DNA from: Bacteroidales bacterium
GTDB lineage: Bacteria; Bacteroidota; Bacteroidia; Bacteroidales; UBA3824
Direction: 5' to 3'
NCBI GenBank assembly: GCA_024401025.1
Contig: JAKSLV010000001.1
Location: 6,643 to 70,642, forward strand
Length of the DNA: 64,000 nt
The notes under the pieces were generated by a model. That model saw nothing but the letters and a program-made list of their open reading frames with translations, ran no database searches and was not told the DNA's origin. This document shows positions 23,436 to 31,920 of this stretch, one piece after another (position 1 is the first letter of the stretch; the number at the start of each line of letters is the position of its first letter). A program made the position numbers and the translations under genes.

Positions 23436-25367
23436 TTATTTTACGATCTTGAACTCTGTTCTACGGTTTTTGGCCATATTCTCGGGGCTGTCGTTGGGTG
23501 CGCACGGCATCGACGATCCGTATCCCCTGTAGCTTAGCCGCGATGGCGGAATATCCTTGGCCATCAGGTAGTTTACGATGGCCATGGCGCGGTTGGTGGA
23601 TAGCTCCAGGTTGTGGGCCTCGGTTCCGGCATTGTCGGTGTGGCCGCCAATCTCTATGCGGATTGATGGGTTTTGCTTCATGTATTCCACCAGGCGGTCT
23701 AGCTCGTAGTGGGATTCGGGCATCAGGTTGTATCTGTCGGTCTCGAAGAAGATGTTGGCCAATGTAACCGTGGTGCCAATCTCAGGCTTGCTGAGGGCTA
23801 TCTCGATGTATTTCTTGGTGATGGAGTCGGGGATGTTCCTGAGGCTGAAGTTCAGCGAGTTCATCAGGTATCCGTCGGCCCTTACGTTCAGGGCATAGTC
23901 CTCGCCCTCGGGCAGATAGAGCAGCAGGTTGGGGATGATGCCGCCATCGCAAGTGCCGGTCTGGAGGGCCTTGGCCGTGGATAGAGCCACCACCTCGTAG
24001 CTGGCCTTTATGGGCGAGTTTGTGTTGGCGTCCTTTACGAGGGCCTCCACCAGCAGTGTCCTGTTGGGCTGGATGTGCTTTGGCAGATTAATCTCGAAGA
24101 GGTCCAGACGGCGCGATGTGTCGCGGTCGGATGCTATTATGGCAGTGTTTCCGAACACCGATACAGCCAGCCTTCCCTCGTTGCTGGCGGTGTTGATGGG
24201 GTATCCAAGGTTAGTGGCAGGCCCCCATGTGCCGTCGTCTTGGAGGCGTGATACGAAGATGTCGTCGCCGCCCATGCCTATGTGGCCGTTCGACGAGAAA
24301 TACAGTGTCTTGTTGTCGGCGTGGATAAATGGTGACGACTCGTCGCCCTCGGTGTTGACGTTGGGTCCGCAGTTTTTGGGCTCGCTCCATCTGCCGGCGC
24401 CTATCAGCGTGGAATACCAGATATCCTTGCCGCCCATTCCGCCGGGACGGTTGCTCACGAAATAGAGCGTTTTGCCGTCGGCCGAGAAACTGGGCTGACT
24501 CTCCCACGCACCGGTGTTTACGGGTGCGGGCAGGCGTCGCGGCATGGTGAACTCGCCTTCCTTAAGGTACGAGAAATATATGTCGCAGCATTTTATCATG
24601 CCGTCGGGACAGGTGCAGCTGGTGAAAAACAGTATCCTTCCGTCGGCCGACAGGAAAGGCGCGCCCTCGTTGTTGTGGGTGTTTATGATGGCGCCTATCG
24701 ATTTGGCCTGCTGCCATGGCTGGCCATCGTTGCGGCGCGATATGTATATGTCTTCCTGAGTCTGGGGCAGCAGCGGGTTTTGCGATGTCTGAGGCAGCTC
24801 TATGGTGTATACCAGTGTGTTGCCGTCGGCCGACAGCGATGGAAAATAGTCGTTGTATTTGGTGTTGATGTATGGGCCCAGGTTTTTGGGATTGTAGTCA
24901 ACGGGGTTGGCCATGGCCTTTATCCTGAACTCGGCTATCTCCTTGTATTTCATGCAGTGCCTTGTAAGTTTCTCGGTGGCGCGGTCCATATTAAGCAGCT
25001 GGCTGTAGTATTCCACGGCTTTGGGGTTGTCGTATTTGGCAAAATACGCGTCGCCCATGGCGGCCACGGTGGTGGCGTCGCCGGGCTTAAGGGCCAGGGC
25101 CTTGCTAAGCATCTCTATCTCGGTATCGTACTGATGCTGCTTTTCAGCTATCTCGGCCTTCAGCCACAGCACTTCCACGAAATTTGGGTCCAGCTTCAGG
25201 CTCTTGTCGCAAAGCTGTATGGCCTCCTGATACATCTCTGCGCCGTATTTGCCCAGCGCCTGGTCGAACAGGGCCACGGCCTTCTTGTTGCTGGAAGAGT
25301 ATTGAGCCATGGCTGATGCTGATATCCCAAGTATCAGCACTAATTGTATGAGAATCCGTTTTATCAT
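23436..25367 (-). CDS. OmpA-family protein with N-terminal TPR, TolB-like PD40 beta-propeller repeats and a C-terminal OmpA peptidoglycan-binding domain
   Basis: Part of ORF 23436..25433. The signal peptide MIKRILIQLVLILGISASAMAQ begins at ATG 25367. PD40-like repeats (SADGNTLVYT, SADGRILFFTS, SADGKTLYFVSNR, ADNKTLYFSSN). OmpA_C segment GHTDNAGTEAHNLELSTNRAMAIVNYL...NRRTEFKIV. Confidence 0.85.
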   Translation of the reverse strand: MIKRILIQLVLILGISASAMAQYSSSNKKAVALFDQALGKYGAEMYQEAIQLCDKSLKLDPNFVEVLWLKAEIAEKQHQYDTEIEMLSKALALKPGDATTVAAMGDAYFAKYDNPKAVEYYSQLLNMDRATEKLTRHCMKYKEIAEFRIKAMANPVDYNPKNLGPYINTKYNDYFPSLSADGNTLVYTIELPQTSQNPLLPQTQEDIYISRRNDGQPWQQAKSIGAIINTHNNEGAPFLSADGRILFFTSCTCPDGMIKCCDIYFSYLKEGEFTMPRRLPAPVNTGAWESQPSFSADGKTLYFVSNRPGGMGGKDIWYSTLIGAGRWSEPKNCGPNVNTEGDESSPFIHADNKTLYFSSNGHIGMGGDDIFVSRLQDDGTWGPATNLGYPINTASNEGRLAVSVFGNTAIIASDRDTSRRLDLFEINLPKHIQPNRTLLVEALVKDANTNSPIKASYEVVALSTAKALQTGTCDGGIIPNLLLYLPEGEDYALNVRADGYLMNSLNFSLRNIPDSITKKYIEIALSKPEIGTTVTLANIFFETDRYNLMPESHYELDRLVEYMKQNPSIRIEIGGHTDNAGTEAHNLELSTNRAMAIVNYLMAKDIPPSRLSYRGYGSSMPCAPNDSPENMAKNRRTEFKIVK

Positions 25368-25369
25368 AA

Positions 25370-25423
25370 TTTTTGATTTTTGATTTTTGATTTTTGATTT
25401 TTGATTTTTGATTTTTGATTTTT
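25370..25423 (-). repeat. Heptanucleotide tandem repeat, TCAAAAA x7 on the minus strand (TTTTTGA x7 plus a 5-nt partial unit on the plus strand)
   Basis: I counted the units directly: 25370-76, 77-83, 84-90, 91-97, 98-404, 405-411 and 412-418, then ttttt. The tract lies between the stop at 25450 and ATG 25367. Confidence 0.95.
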
Positions 25424-25449
25424 CATTGTCCATTATCCATTGTCCACTA

Positions 25450-27084
25450 TCAGAACGCCTCGTGTATCGGCTCGCCGGATGCGTAGTCGGGGCAGAGGAT
25501 TCTTAGTATTGTGGCTATTGTGGGTGTGATGTCGGCTATCGACACCTTGCGGTTTATTGTCTTTATCCTGATGCCCTTGCCGTAGAAAGCCAGAGGCACG
25601 TGAGTGTCGTGGCTGTAGGCCGATTTCTGAGCCGACAGCGAGAAGTCGTCCACGTTTCCGGTGATTTCCTGCCATCCCGGTGCCAGGTTTATGATGATGT
25701 CGCCGGAGCGGTCGCGGTTCATGGTGTTGGCGGCCTGCCTCCATATTCCGGTGTTGGCCTTGCTGGATGTAAGCACGTTGGAAGGCATGGCGTGGTCGAT
25801 GCCGTCGATCTCCAGCAGAAACTGCGACGCGCGGTCCTGCACCTCGTCGGTCCTTAGCTTGTATCTCTCTATGGCCAGATGGTTGAGGTACACCTGATGG
25901 TTGTTGTATTTCTCTATCCATTTCTCGTCGCCATACATAGCCCTCAGATACGCCTCCAGCAGTATCATGGTGCTTTGCAGGTTTATCTGCATGCCGGGCA
26001 TCCCCATGTCGGCCAGAAAGGATGGCGAGTCTGATGCTCCCCTGTCGGCGGTGATGAACACCAGATAGTTGCCACGTCCAAACTTCATATCCAGGGTGGA
26101 CAGTATCGTGGCGATGTTGTGGTCGAGCCTTATGTATGAGTCCTGAAGCTCCACGCTTCTGATTCCGAACGCGTCGCTCACGTATCCGGGCTGAGCAAAG
26201 TTTATCATCAGCATGTCGGTAAACTCGTCTTTGCCCATCTGCTCGCCCTCTATGGCGGCCACGGCAAATTCGGTTATAAGGTCGTTGGCCCATGGCGTGT
26301 ATTTTATCAGCTGAAACTCCTTGCCGCTGGCCAGTTTCCTGATGTCATACGGGAAAGTGATGCGGCCCTCTATGCCGTTCTCGTAGCTGCTGTTGTCGGG
26401 CAGCGATGCGCGGTATTCCGATATGTCCTTGCTGGTGTTCCAGATACGGGAGCTGTATCGTTTGGGCAGCTGCTTGGCGTTGAAACTCTGCACCCATTCG
26501 GGCAGATGGTCCATGTAGTAGGATCCTGATACCATGGCCCCTGTCTTGTCGCAAAACCAGTATGCGCCGTTGCCCAGGCGTCCGGCCGGAAGTATGGCGC
26601 CCACGTTGTCCCACGATATGGATACCACCTTGCTCTGCTTGAAGTTCGACAGCCTCAGCTCATCACCGAGGGTGGTTCCCTGAAGCCTCTTCGGCGATGC
26701 CATTCCGCTTATTGATCCGCTGCCCACGGTCTGATATTTGGGGTCGCCGACGGCGGTGGCCGATTTGCGCGACAGCCTGTCGTACCACTGGTTGGATATT
26801 ATGCCGTGGTTGCATGGGTTGGAGCCGGTGTATATGGTGGCCAGTGCGGGTGCGGATTCGGTAATCATATACTCGTAGTAGGCGTTGGTGCAGTTGGCGC
26901 CCTGGTTAAGGATGCGCTTGAAACCGTTGTCGCCTATGGTGGAGCCGTAGCGCGTGATGGCGTCGTACCGCATCTGCTGAACCACTATGCCCACTATGAT
27001 GGGCACCTGCTCCTGGGCGTAGGCATCAGGGCATCCCAGACACATGGCAAGCATCAGCCACAGATATGAAAATATTTTTCGCAT
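25450..27084 (-). CDS. Alkaline-phosphatase-superfamily enzyme (nucleotide pyrophosphatase/phosphodiesterase-like), secreted
   Basis: Signal peptide MRKIFSYLWLMLAMCLGCPDAYAQ. ITESAPALATIYTGSNPCNHGIISNQWYD resembles the NPP/AP metal-site and nucleophile region. Confidence 0.8.
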   Translation of the reverse strand: MRKIFSYLWLMLAMCLGCPDAYAQEQVPIIVGIVVQQMRYDAITRYGSTIGDNGFKRILNQGANCTNAYYEYMITESAPALATIYTGSNPCNHGIISNQWYDRLSRKSATAVGDPKYQTVGSGSISGMASPKRLQGTTLGDELRLSNFKQSKVVSISWDNVGAILPAGRLGNGAYWFCDKTGAMVSGSYYMDHLPEWVQSFNAKQLPKRYSSRIWNTSKDISEYRASLPDNSSYENGIEGRITFPYDIRKLASGKEFQLIKYTPWANDLITEFAVAAIEGEQMGKDEFTDMLMINFAQPGYVSDAFGIRSVELQDSYIRLDHNIATILSTLDMKFGRGNYLVFITADRGASDSPSFLADMGMPGMQINLQSTMILLEAYLRAMYGDEKWIEKYNNHQVYLNHLAIERYKLRTDEVQDRASQFLLEIDGIDHAMPSNVLTSSKANTGIWRQAANTMNRDRSGDIIINLAPGWQEITGNVDDFSLSAQKSAYSHDTHVPLAFYGKGIRIKTINRKVSIADITPTIATILRILCPDYASGEPIHEAF

Positions 27085-27127
27085 AATCTTGGTAGTTCAT
27101 TATTTGATTTGTTATCTTTGCTGCTTG

Positions 27128-27135
27128 CAAAGGTA
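27128..27135 (-). promoter_or_regulatory. -7 box TAccTTTG
   Basis: Reverse complement of caaaggta, 44 nt upstream of ATG 27084. Confidence 0.45.
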
Positions 27136-27174
27136 ATAATTTTACTAGATTACAAAATATAACTACTATATAAA

Positions 27175-28062
27175 ATGAAGACAGTTTTTAATGTGATAAT
27201 AGGCGCGCTGATGGTGTGGGTATTGTGGATGGTGTGCATGGGAGGCCCCCGCCATGAGCAGGAAAACTTTACAGGCGTGGCCAAAAACAGCATGGTGGAC
27301 GCCCTGAGCCACATGAAGACCTGCCAGAGCTATTTCAGCAGGCCCATATCTGTAACCCACGACCGCACCACCGATCTGCTCTATGTATCCTGCCTGGACG
27401 ACATCGACAATCAGGACCACGGCCTGATATGCCGTACCGACATCTACGGCGAGATTATCGACACTCTTGACGTAAGGCAGCTGCGTCAGCCCAAAGGCTG
27501 CAAGGTGGCCGGAGGCTGCCTGTATGTAACCGACATCAACCGCGTGATACGCTACAATCTGGCCGCCGACAGCATCGACATGGTGTATATGCTGCCAAAG
27601 GCCATGTATCTTTCTGACGTGGAGGCCGATTCCTACGGCAACATTTTTGTTTCGGATACTCACGCCGGATGCATCTATAAGATAAGGGGCGATTCGTCGA
27701 TGGTGTTCTGCAAGGATTCGCTGCTCAACAACGTTACCGGACTGTGCTACAACGGCAACAATGTGGTGGCTGGCGCCAAAAACTGCATCGTATGCATCAG
27801 CAACAATGGAAAGGCCAGCGTGATGGCCCACACTCCATTCTCGGTGTACGGCATCAGAAGCCTAGACGACGGCAGCTATCTTGCATCGGATTTCGTGGGC
27901 AACATCCACCATGTGTCAGCATCAGGATCCACGGTGATATACAAGAAAAACGCCGATGCCAACAGCGCCGATTTCGAGTATATTCCCGAGCAGAGGATGA
28001 TATACCTGCCCACTTACATCAAGAACAGCCTGGTGCTTTTCCGTGTGAGCGACAGCTTGTAA
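27175..28062 (+). CDS. Membrane-anchored beta-propeller-like protein (NHL/SGL-like repeats); function unknown
   Basis: N-terminal hydrophobic anchor VIIGALMVWVLWMVCM. Repeated segments such as LYVTDINRVIRY and IFVSDTHAGCIYKI suggest propeller blades. The family was not firmly recognised. Confidence 0.45.
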   Translation: MKTVFNVIIGALMVWVLWMVCMGGPRHEQENFTGVAKNSMVDALSHMKTCQSYFSRPISVTHDRTTDLLYVSCLDDIDNQDHGLICRTDIYGEIIDTLDVRQLRQPKGCKVAGGCLYVTDINRVIRYNLAADSIDMVYMLPKAMYLSDVEADSYGNIFVSDTHAGCIYKIRGDSSMVFCKDSLLNNVTGLCYNGNNVVAGAKNCIVCISNNGKASVMAHTPFSVYGIRSLDDGSYLASDFVGNIHHVSASGSTVIYKKNADANSADFEYIPEQRMIYLPTYIKNSLVLFRVSDSL

Positions 28063-28089
28063 TAAAAATTCTAAAATCCTTATTTGCCT

Positions 28090-28815
28090 ATGACCAGACT
28101 TTTGTCTACACTGATATTGCTTTGGGCCATGCAGACCATGGCGTTGGCTCAGCAGGCCGACATAGCTTTCGAGACTCTGGAGCATGATTTCGGCGATATT
28201 GCCGAGCTTGGAGGTCCCGTAAGCTTCCGTTTCGTGTATGTAAACAAGGGAGGCAAGCCGCTGCTGATACATTCGGTGGAGGCCACCTGCGGCTGCACAT
28301 CGCCGGCGTGGAGCATGGAGCCCGTGGCGCCGGGTCAGAAGGGTTTTGTGGATGTAACTTTCGATCCCAGGGAGCGCACAGGCATTTTCATGAAGCGCGT
28401 GATTGTAAAGAGCAATGCCAGGGATCAGAAGGTGGAACTCATGATTAAGGGCACAGTGGTGCAGAGGTCCACTCCATTGTCGGCAGAGTTTCCCTACGAG
28501 ATGTTCGACCTAAGGCTGAAGACCCCCACCATAAAGACCGGCAGCGTAAAGGCCGGCAATGTGGTTATCACCGACATAGAGGTGATAAACCCATCAAGGG
28601 CCAATCTCCTGATAGAGCCCCTTGCCGACAGCCTGCCTGCCGGAGTATCAGTAAAGGCCATTCCCGAGGTCCTGAGGCCGGGGGAGAAGGGCTTGATACG
28701 CACCGAGTTTGATTCCGGCAAATGGGGAGCCAGGGGTCACGTGAAGGCCGAGGTGCCAATACTGATAAACACCTACAAGTACGATCTGCACCTGAGGGGA
28801 TTTGTGGTGGAATAG
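28090..28815 (+). CDS. DUF1573 domain-containing secreted protein
   Basis: HDFGDIAELGGPVSFRFVYVNKGGKPLLIHSVEATCGCTSPAWSMEPVAPGQKGFVDVTF is the characteristic DUF1573 pattern. The ORF-track start at 28084 is TTG, so I trimmed to ATG 28090 (MTRLLSTLILLWAMQTMALAQ). Confidence 0.75.
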   Translation: MTRLLSTLILLWAMQTMALAQQADIAFETLEHDFGDIAELGGPVSFRFVYVNKGGKPLLIHSVEATCGCTSPAWSMEPVAPGQKGFVDVTFDPRERTGIFMKRVIVKSNARDQKVELMIKGTVVQRSTPLSAEFPYEMFDLRLKTPTIKTGSVKAGNVVITDIEVINPSRANLLIEPLADSLPAGVSVKAIPEVLRPGEKGLIRTEFDSGKWGARGHVKAEVPILINTYKYDLHLRGFVVE

Positions 28816-28875
28816 CAGCCTCAGCCCGATAGAAAAATAAAAAAACGCACACCTTATAATATATGACAACAAGCC

Positions 28876-30066
28876 ATGGATAGCTACTATTACATAATAT
28901 TGCCGCTTATAAGCGCCCTGATAGGCTACATTACCAATGTGGTGGCCATCAAGATGACTTTCTATCCTCTGGAATACAAGGGTATAAAGCCATTCCTGGG
29001 CTGGCAGGGCATTATTCCGGCCAAGGCCGGCAAGATGGCCGAGATAGCAACCGACTTGCTTACCCGGAGCCTCTTCAGGCCGCGGGAGGTGTTTGCGAGG
29101 CTGGATATTGCCGAGGTGGTGAGGCTGGTGAACACGGATTTCTGCGCCATGGCCAGCCAGATTGTGGATTCGGTGCTAGACAGCCGCGTGCCGCTATCCA
29201 CCACAGTGCTGGGAAGGAATGTGCGCCCCATGGTGGCCGATGCCGTTACGCGTGCGCTGCCCGAGGTGGTGGCCAATTCGATGAGGCGCATACAGGAGCG
29301 CATCGACGATGTGCTGGACCTGAAATCATTGGCCGTGGGCATCATGAAGGAAGACAAGGCACTCATCAACAAGATTTTCCTTGACCTTGGCGGCAAGCAG
29401 TTCAGGTTTATAGAGACTTCGGGATTGTGGCTGGGATTCATATTTGGCCTGGGGCAGATTGTTACCCTCATGTATGCCAACCACTGGCTGGCGTATGTGC
29501 TGTACGGCATTTTTATCGGATACATCACCAATGTGGTGGCCATCAAGATGATTTTCCATCCCGTGGAGCCGGTAAAGATAGGCCCGTTTACATTCTGGGG
29601 ATTGTTTCTCAGGAATCAGAGGGCCGAGAGTTTCAAGTATGCCGAGATTATTGCCGAGCGCATCATAACATCCGAGAATCTTTTCAGCAACATTTTCCGC
29701 AACCATGGCGACGGCCTTACGCGCGAGATCATGCGTCAGGAGGTGTCGCAGGTGGTGGATAGGGTGGTGGAGCAGCTTCCGGCATACATAAAGCTGGTGC
29801 TCACCAATCAGAAGATTCAGGAGCTTAAGTCGGTGACTCTGTTCAATCTCATGCACGAGCTGCCTCTCCATATTGGAGTGATATATCCATACGCCGACAA
29901 GGCCCTCGACGTAAAAAACTCGATAGGAGAGAAGATGGCTAATCTACCTCCTACCGAGTTTATAGATTTTCTGCGTCCTGCGTTTCAGGAAGACGAATGG
30001 AAACTTGTGGCCGTGGGCAGCCTCCTGGGCGGCGTGGCCGGATTGCTGCAATCGCTGTTTGGCTAG
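28876..30066 (+). CDS. DUF445 family membrane protein
   Basis: The motif YITNVVAIKM(T/I)F(Y/H)P occurs twice, and GWQGIIPAKAGKMA is typical of DUF445. Confidence 0.75.
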   Translation: MDSYYYIILPLISALIGYITNVVAIKMTFYPLEYKGIKPFLGWQGIIPAKAGKMAEIATDLLTRSLFRPREVFARLDIAEVVRLVNTDFCAMASQIVDSVLDSRVPLSTTVLGRNVRPMVADAVTRALPEVVANSMRRIQERIDDVLDLKSLAVGIMKEDKALINKIFLDLGGKQFRFIETSGLWLGFIFGLGQIVTLMYANHWLAYVLYGIFIGYITNVVAIKMIFHPVEPVKIGPFTFWGLFLRNQRAESFKYAEIIAERIITSENLFSNIFRNHGDGLTREIMRQEVSQVVDRVVEQLPAYIKLVLTNQKIQELKSVTLFNLMHELPLHIGVIYPYADKALDVKNSIGEKMANLPPTEFIDFLRPAFQEDEWKLVAVGSLLGGVAGLLQSLFG

Positions 30067-30995
30067 AGCGCCTCGGTGATTTTTTTCCTGAGGTTTTCAA
30101 CAGCCTTGCATACCTGTATCATATCCTCGTCGGATACTGTAACCACTGTGGACATGTCGCCGTTTTCGCCCGGCACCTGCTCCACGTTTACGCTCTGATA
30201 TGCCTTGTTGAGCTCCTTGAATGCCGAAACCAGCTTTACGTATGCCAGCTCGTTGCCCATGAAGTGTATCAGCACGGGTATCAGCTCGTCAAGCACCACC
30301 TTCTGGCTGGCTATGTGGTCGCGCATGCGCTTGTTGCTCTTCTTCAGGTATACCTCGCATGCCAGATAGAGGCTCTCGGTCCATACGCCGGTCACCAGCA
30401 GTGCGCTGATGTTGGCGCGTCCTGTCTCCCTCAAGTGCTGGTCCATGTTCCAGTAGCTCATTGTGGAGAGAGTCATCAGCGAGTCGATGTTGTTGGAAGC
30501 CGCAGCGCGCTTAAGCACCGCGAAATCGAAAAACTGGCCCAGCTTCAGCTGCTCCGTAAGCTTCCTTATCGATACCAGATAGTTTATCACATCGCCGGTT
30601 TTCTTGTAGACGTTCAGGTAGCCGAGGTCGGCGCAGTATACGCCCAGACCCAGCGCCTGCTTGTATACGGTCTCGAAATCGTCGGCATTGCCGGCATCAA
30701 ACAGCAGCGATTCGCTGTATGGCACCTTCATATCCTCTATGATGGCCGAAATCTCTACCGGGGCGGGGAAACTCTGTATCAGCTCTCCAAAATCGGTGGT
30801 TTCCTCACGGGTGTATTTCTCCATGAAATCCTTGGTGAGTCCGTAAGCCTCCAGGTCTATGGGAGTGTCGCCATTATCTTTGCTGTCCTTGTATTCCAGC
30901 TGCTCCTCGTCGGTCTGCTGATTGTTGCTGCCCGAGCTGCCGCATCCGGTGGCCATTGTGGCTGCCACCAGACCCATTATTATCAGTTTTTTCAT
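30063..30995 (-). CDS. Helical lipoprotein, function unknown
   Basis: Lipoprotein signal MKKLIIMGLVAATMATGCGSSGSN. The remainder is predicted helical, and I do not recognise the family. Confidence 0.6.
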   Translation of the reverse strand: MKKLIIMGLVAATMATGCGSSGSNNQQTDEEQLEYKDSKDNGDTPIDLEAYGLTKDFMEKYTREETTDFGELIQSFPAPVEISAIIEDMKVPYSESLLFDAGNADDFETVYKQALGLGVYCADLGYLNVYKKTGDVINYLVSIRKLTEQLKLGQFFDFAVLKRAAASNNIDSLMTLSTMSYWNMDQHLRETGRANISALLVTGVWTESLYLACEVYLKKSNKRMRDHIASQKVVLDELIPVLIHFMGNELAYVKLVSAFKELNKAYQSVNVEQVPGENGDMSTVVTVSDEDMIQVCKAVENLRKKITEAL

Positions 30996-31032
30996 TTTGT
31001 CGAAATGTGTAGGTGATAAGAATTATAATCGG

Positions 31033-31040
31033 CAAATATA
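31033..31040 (-). promoter_or_regulatory. -7 box TAtaTTTG
   Basis: Reverse complement of caaatata, 38 nt upstream of ATG 30995. Confidence 0.4.
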
Positions 31041-31089
31041 CAAAAATTAATCTGATATCGGCAATTTTTTTGCCTAGTTTTTTTCCAGC

Positions 31090-31905
31090 CTATCGCTGCC
31101 ACGCCTTTACGCCGTATTCCACGCGGCCTGTGCCGGCATTGCTGAAAATCCATTGCCACGATTCGGGCTCGTGGATCTCCTCCTTGGGGATGTACACCAC
31201 CGAGTGGTCGTACATCTGTAGTCCGTCGGCGTTGTAGAGCCTCTTGCTGATGGGCGATACAATGCAGCTCTTGCCCTTGGGCAGCATGTTGATGTGGTAG
31301 CGGTGCACAAAAGCCTCCAGCTGATGCTCTGCAATATCGTCGATAAGCTTTACGCGGCTGAGATACTGGATTATGGGTTTGGCCAGAAACGACAGCAGGT
31401 TTACTGATACCACCATGCTGTAATCGCCCAGCTTGTCGCACATGTTGCCCATGCTGTAGTTTGGCGAGCTCATCAGCAGGTCCACGGCAAAATCCTTGTA
31501 CCTGTTGATGCTGTTGGCGGTCTCTATCACTATCTTGGTGACATCCTCGGTGATGAACTCCACATTCTTGAACTCGCGCATCTTCTGCTGCACCTTCGAC
31601 GGATGCATCATGTCCATCAGATACACCTTCTTGAACATCCTGCTTAGCTCCAGCACCGGCACGTCGAAACAGTAGCCGCTGCCCAGCACCACGCACGTAT
31701 CGCGGTTGCTGCAGCGGTTGGCGCACTCCACAATGTAGCGTCGGGTGTTGGAAATATGTGTGCTCCACGACTTTATCTCCGATATGTAGTCGTAGAAATA
31801 GTTCATCTGCGCTATGTCGTAGTTTAGCTCCTTGGCCGCGGCCCTCAGCTGACGTGCCTGCTGTGCCTGCGGATCAATCTTGGAGCTGCTGCTGAAAGGC
31901 CACAT
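31090..31905 (-). CDS. Hypothetical protein with a Rossmann/class I SAM-methyltransferase-like motif pattern
   Basis: VVLGSGYCFD (motif I-like), KVYLMDM (acidic end of beta-2), FITEDVT and MVVSVNLLS (motif IV-like). The assignment is tentative. Confidence 0.4.
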   Translation of the reverse strand: MWPFSSSSKIDPQAQQARQLRAAAKELNYDIAQMNYFYDYISEIKSWSTHISNTRRYIVECANRCSNRDTCVVLGSGYCFDVPVLELSRMFKKVYLMDMMHPSKVQQKMREFKNVEFITEDVTKIVIETANSINRYKDFAVDLLMSSPNYSMGNMCDKLGDYSMVVSVNLLSFLAKPIIQYLSRVKLIDDIAEHQLEAFVHRYHINMLPKGKSCIVSPISKRLYNADGLQMYDHSVVYIPKEEIHEPESWQWIFSNAGTGRVEYGVKAWQR

Positions 31906-31920
31906 CCTGCTATATGTTTA

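Noticed and set aside
25370-25423. Whether the heptamer tract, and the 9-mer array at 59796..59856, could be CRISPR arrays
   Set aside because: The units are 7-9 bp with no spacers and no cas genes. These are simple tandem repeats, not CRISPR.
25368-25433. The N-terminal extension MDNEKSKIKNQKSKIKNQKSKI as the true start of the OmpA-like protein
   Set aside because: It is encoded entirely by the repeat tract and precedes a complete signal peptide that has its own ATG at 25367. I kept 25367 as the start and report the extension only as a possible phase-variable feature.
30063-30066. Palindromic CTAG shared by the convergent stop codons of the DUF445 and lipoprotein genes
   Set aside because: It is a 4-bp coincidence of TAG on both strands, with no evidence of function.
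29997-31016. 339-aa plus-strand ORF overlapping the DUF445 gene end and the lipoprotein gene
   Set aside because: It is antisense to the 30063..30995 lipoprotein gene, with His/Val/Leu/Gln-rich shadow composition.
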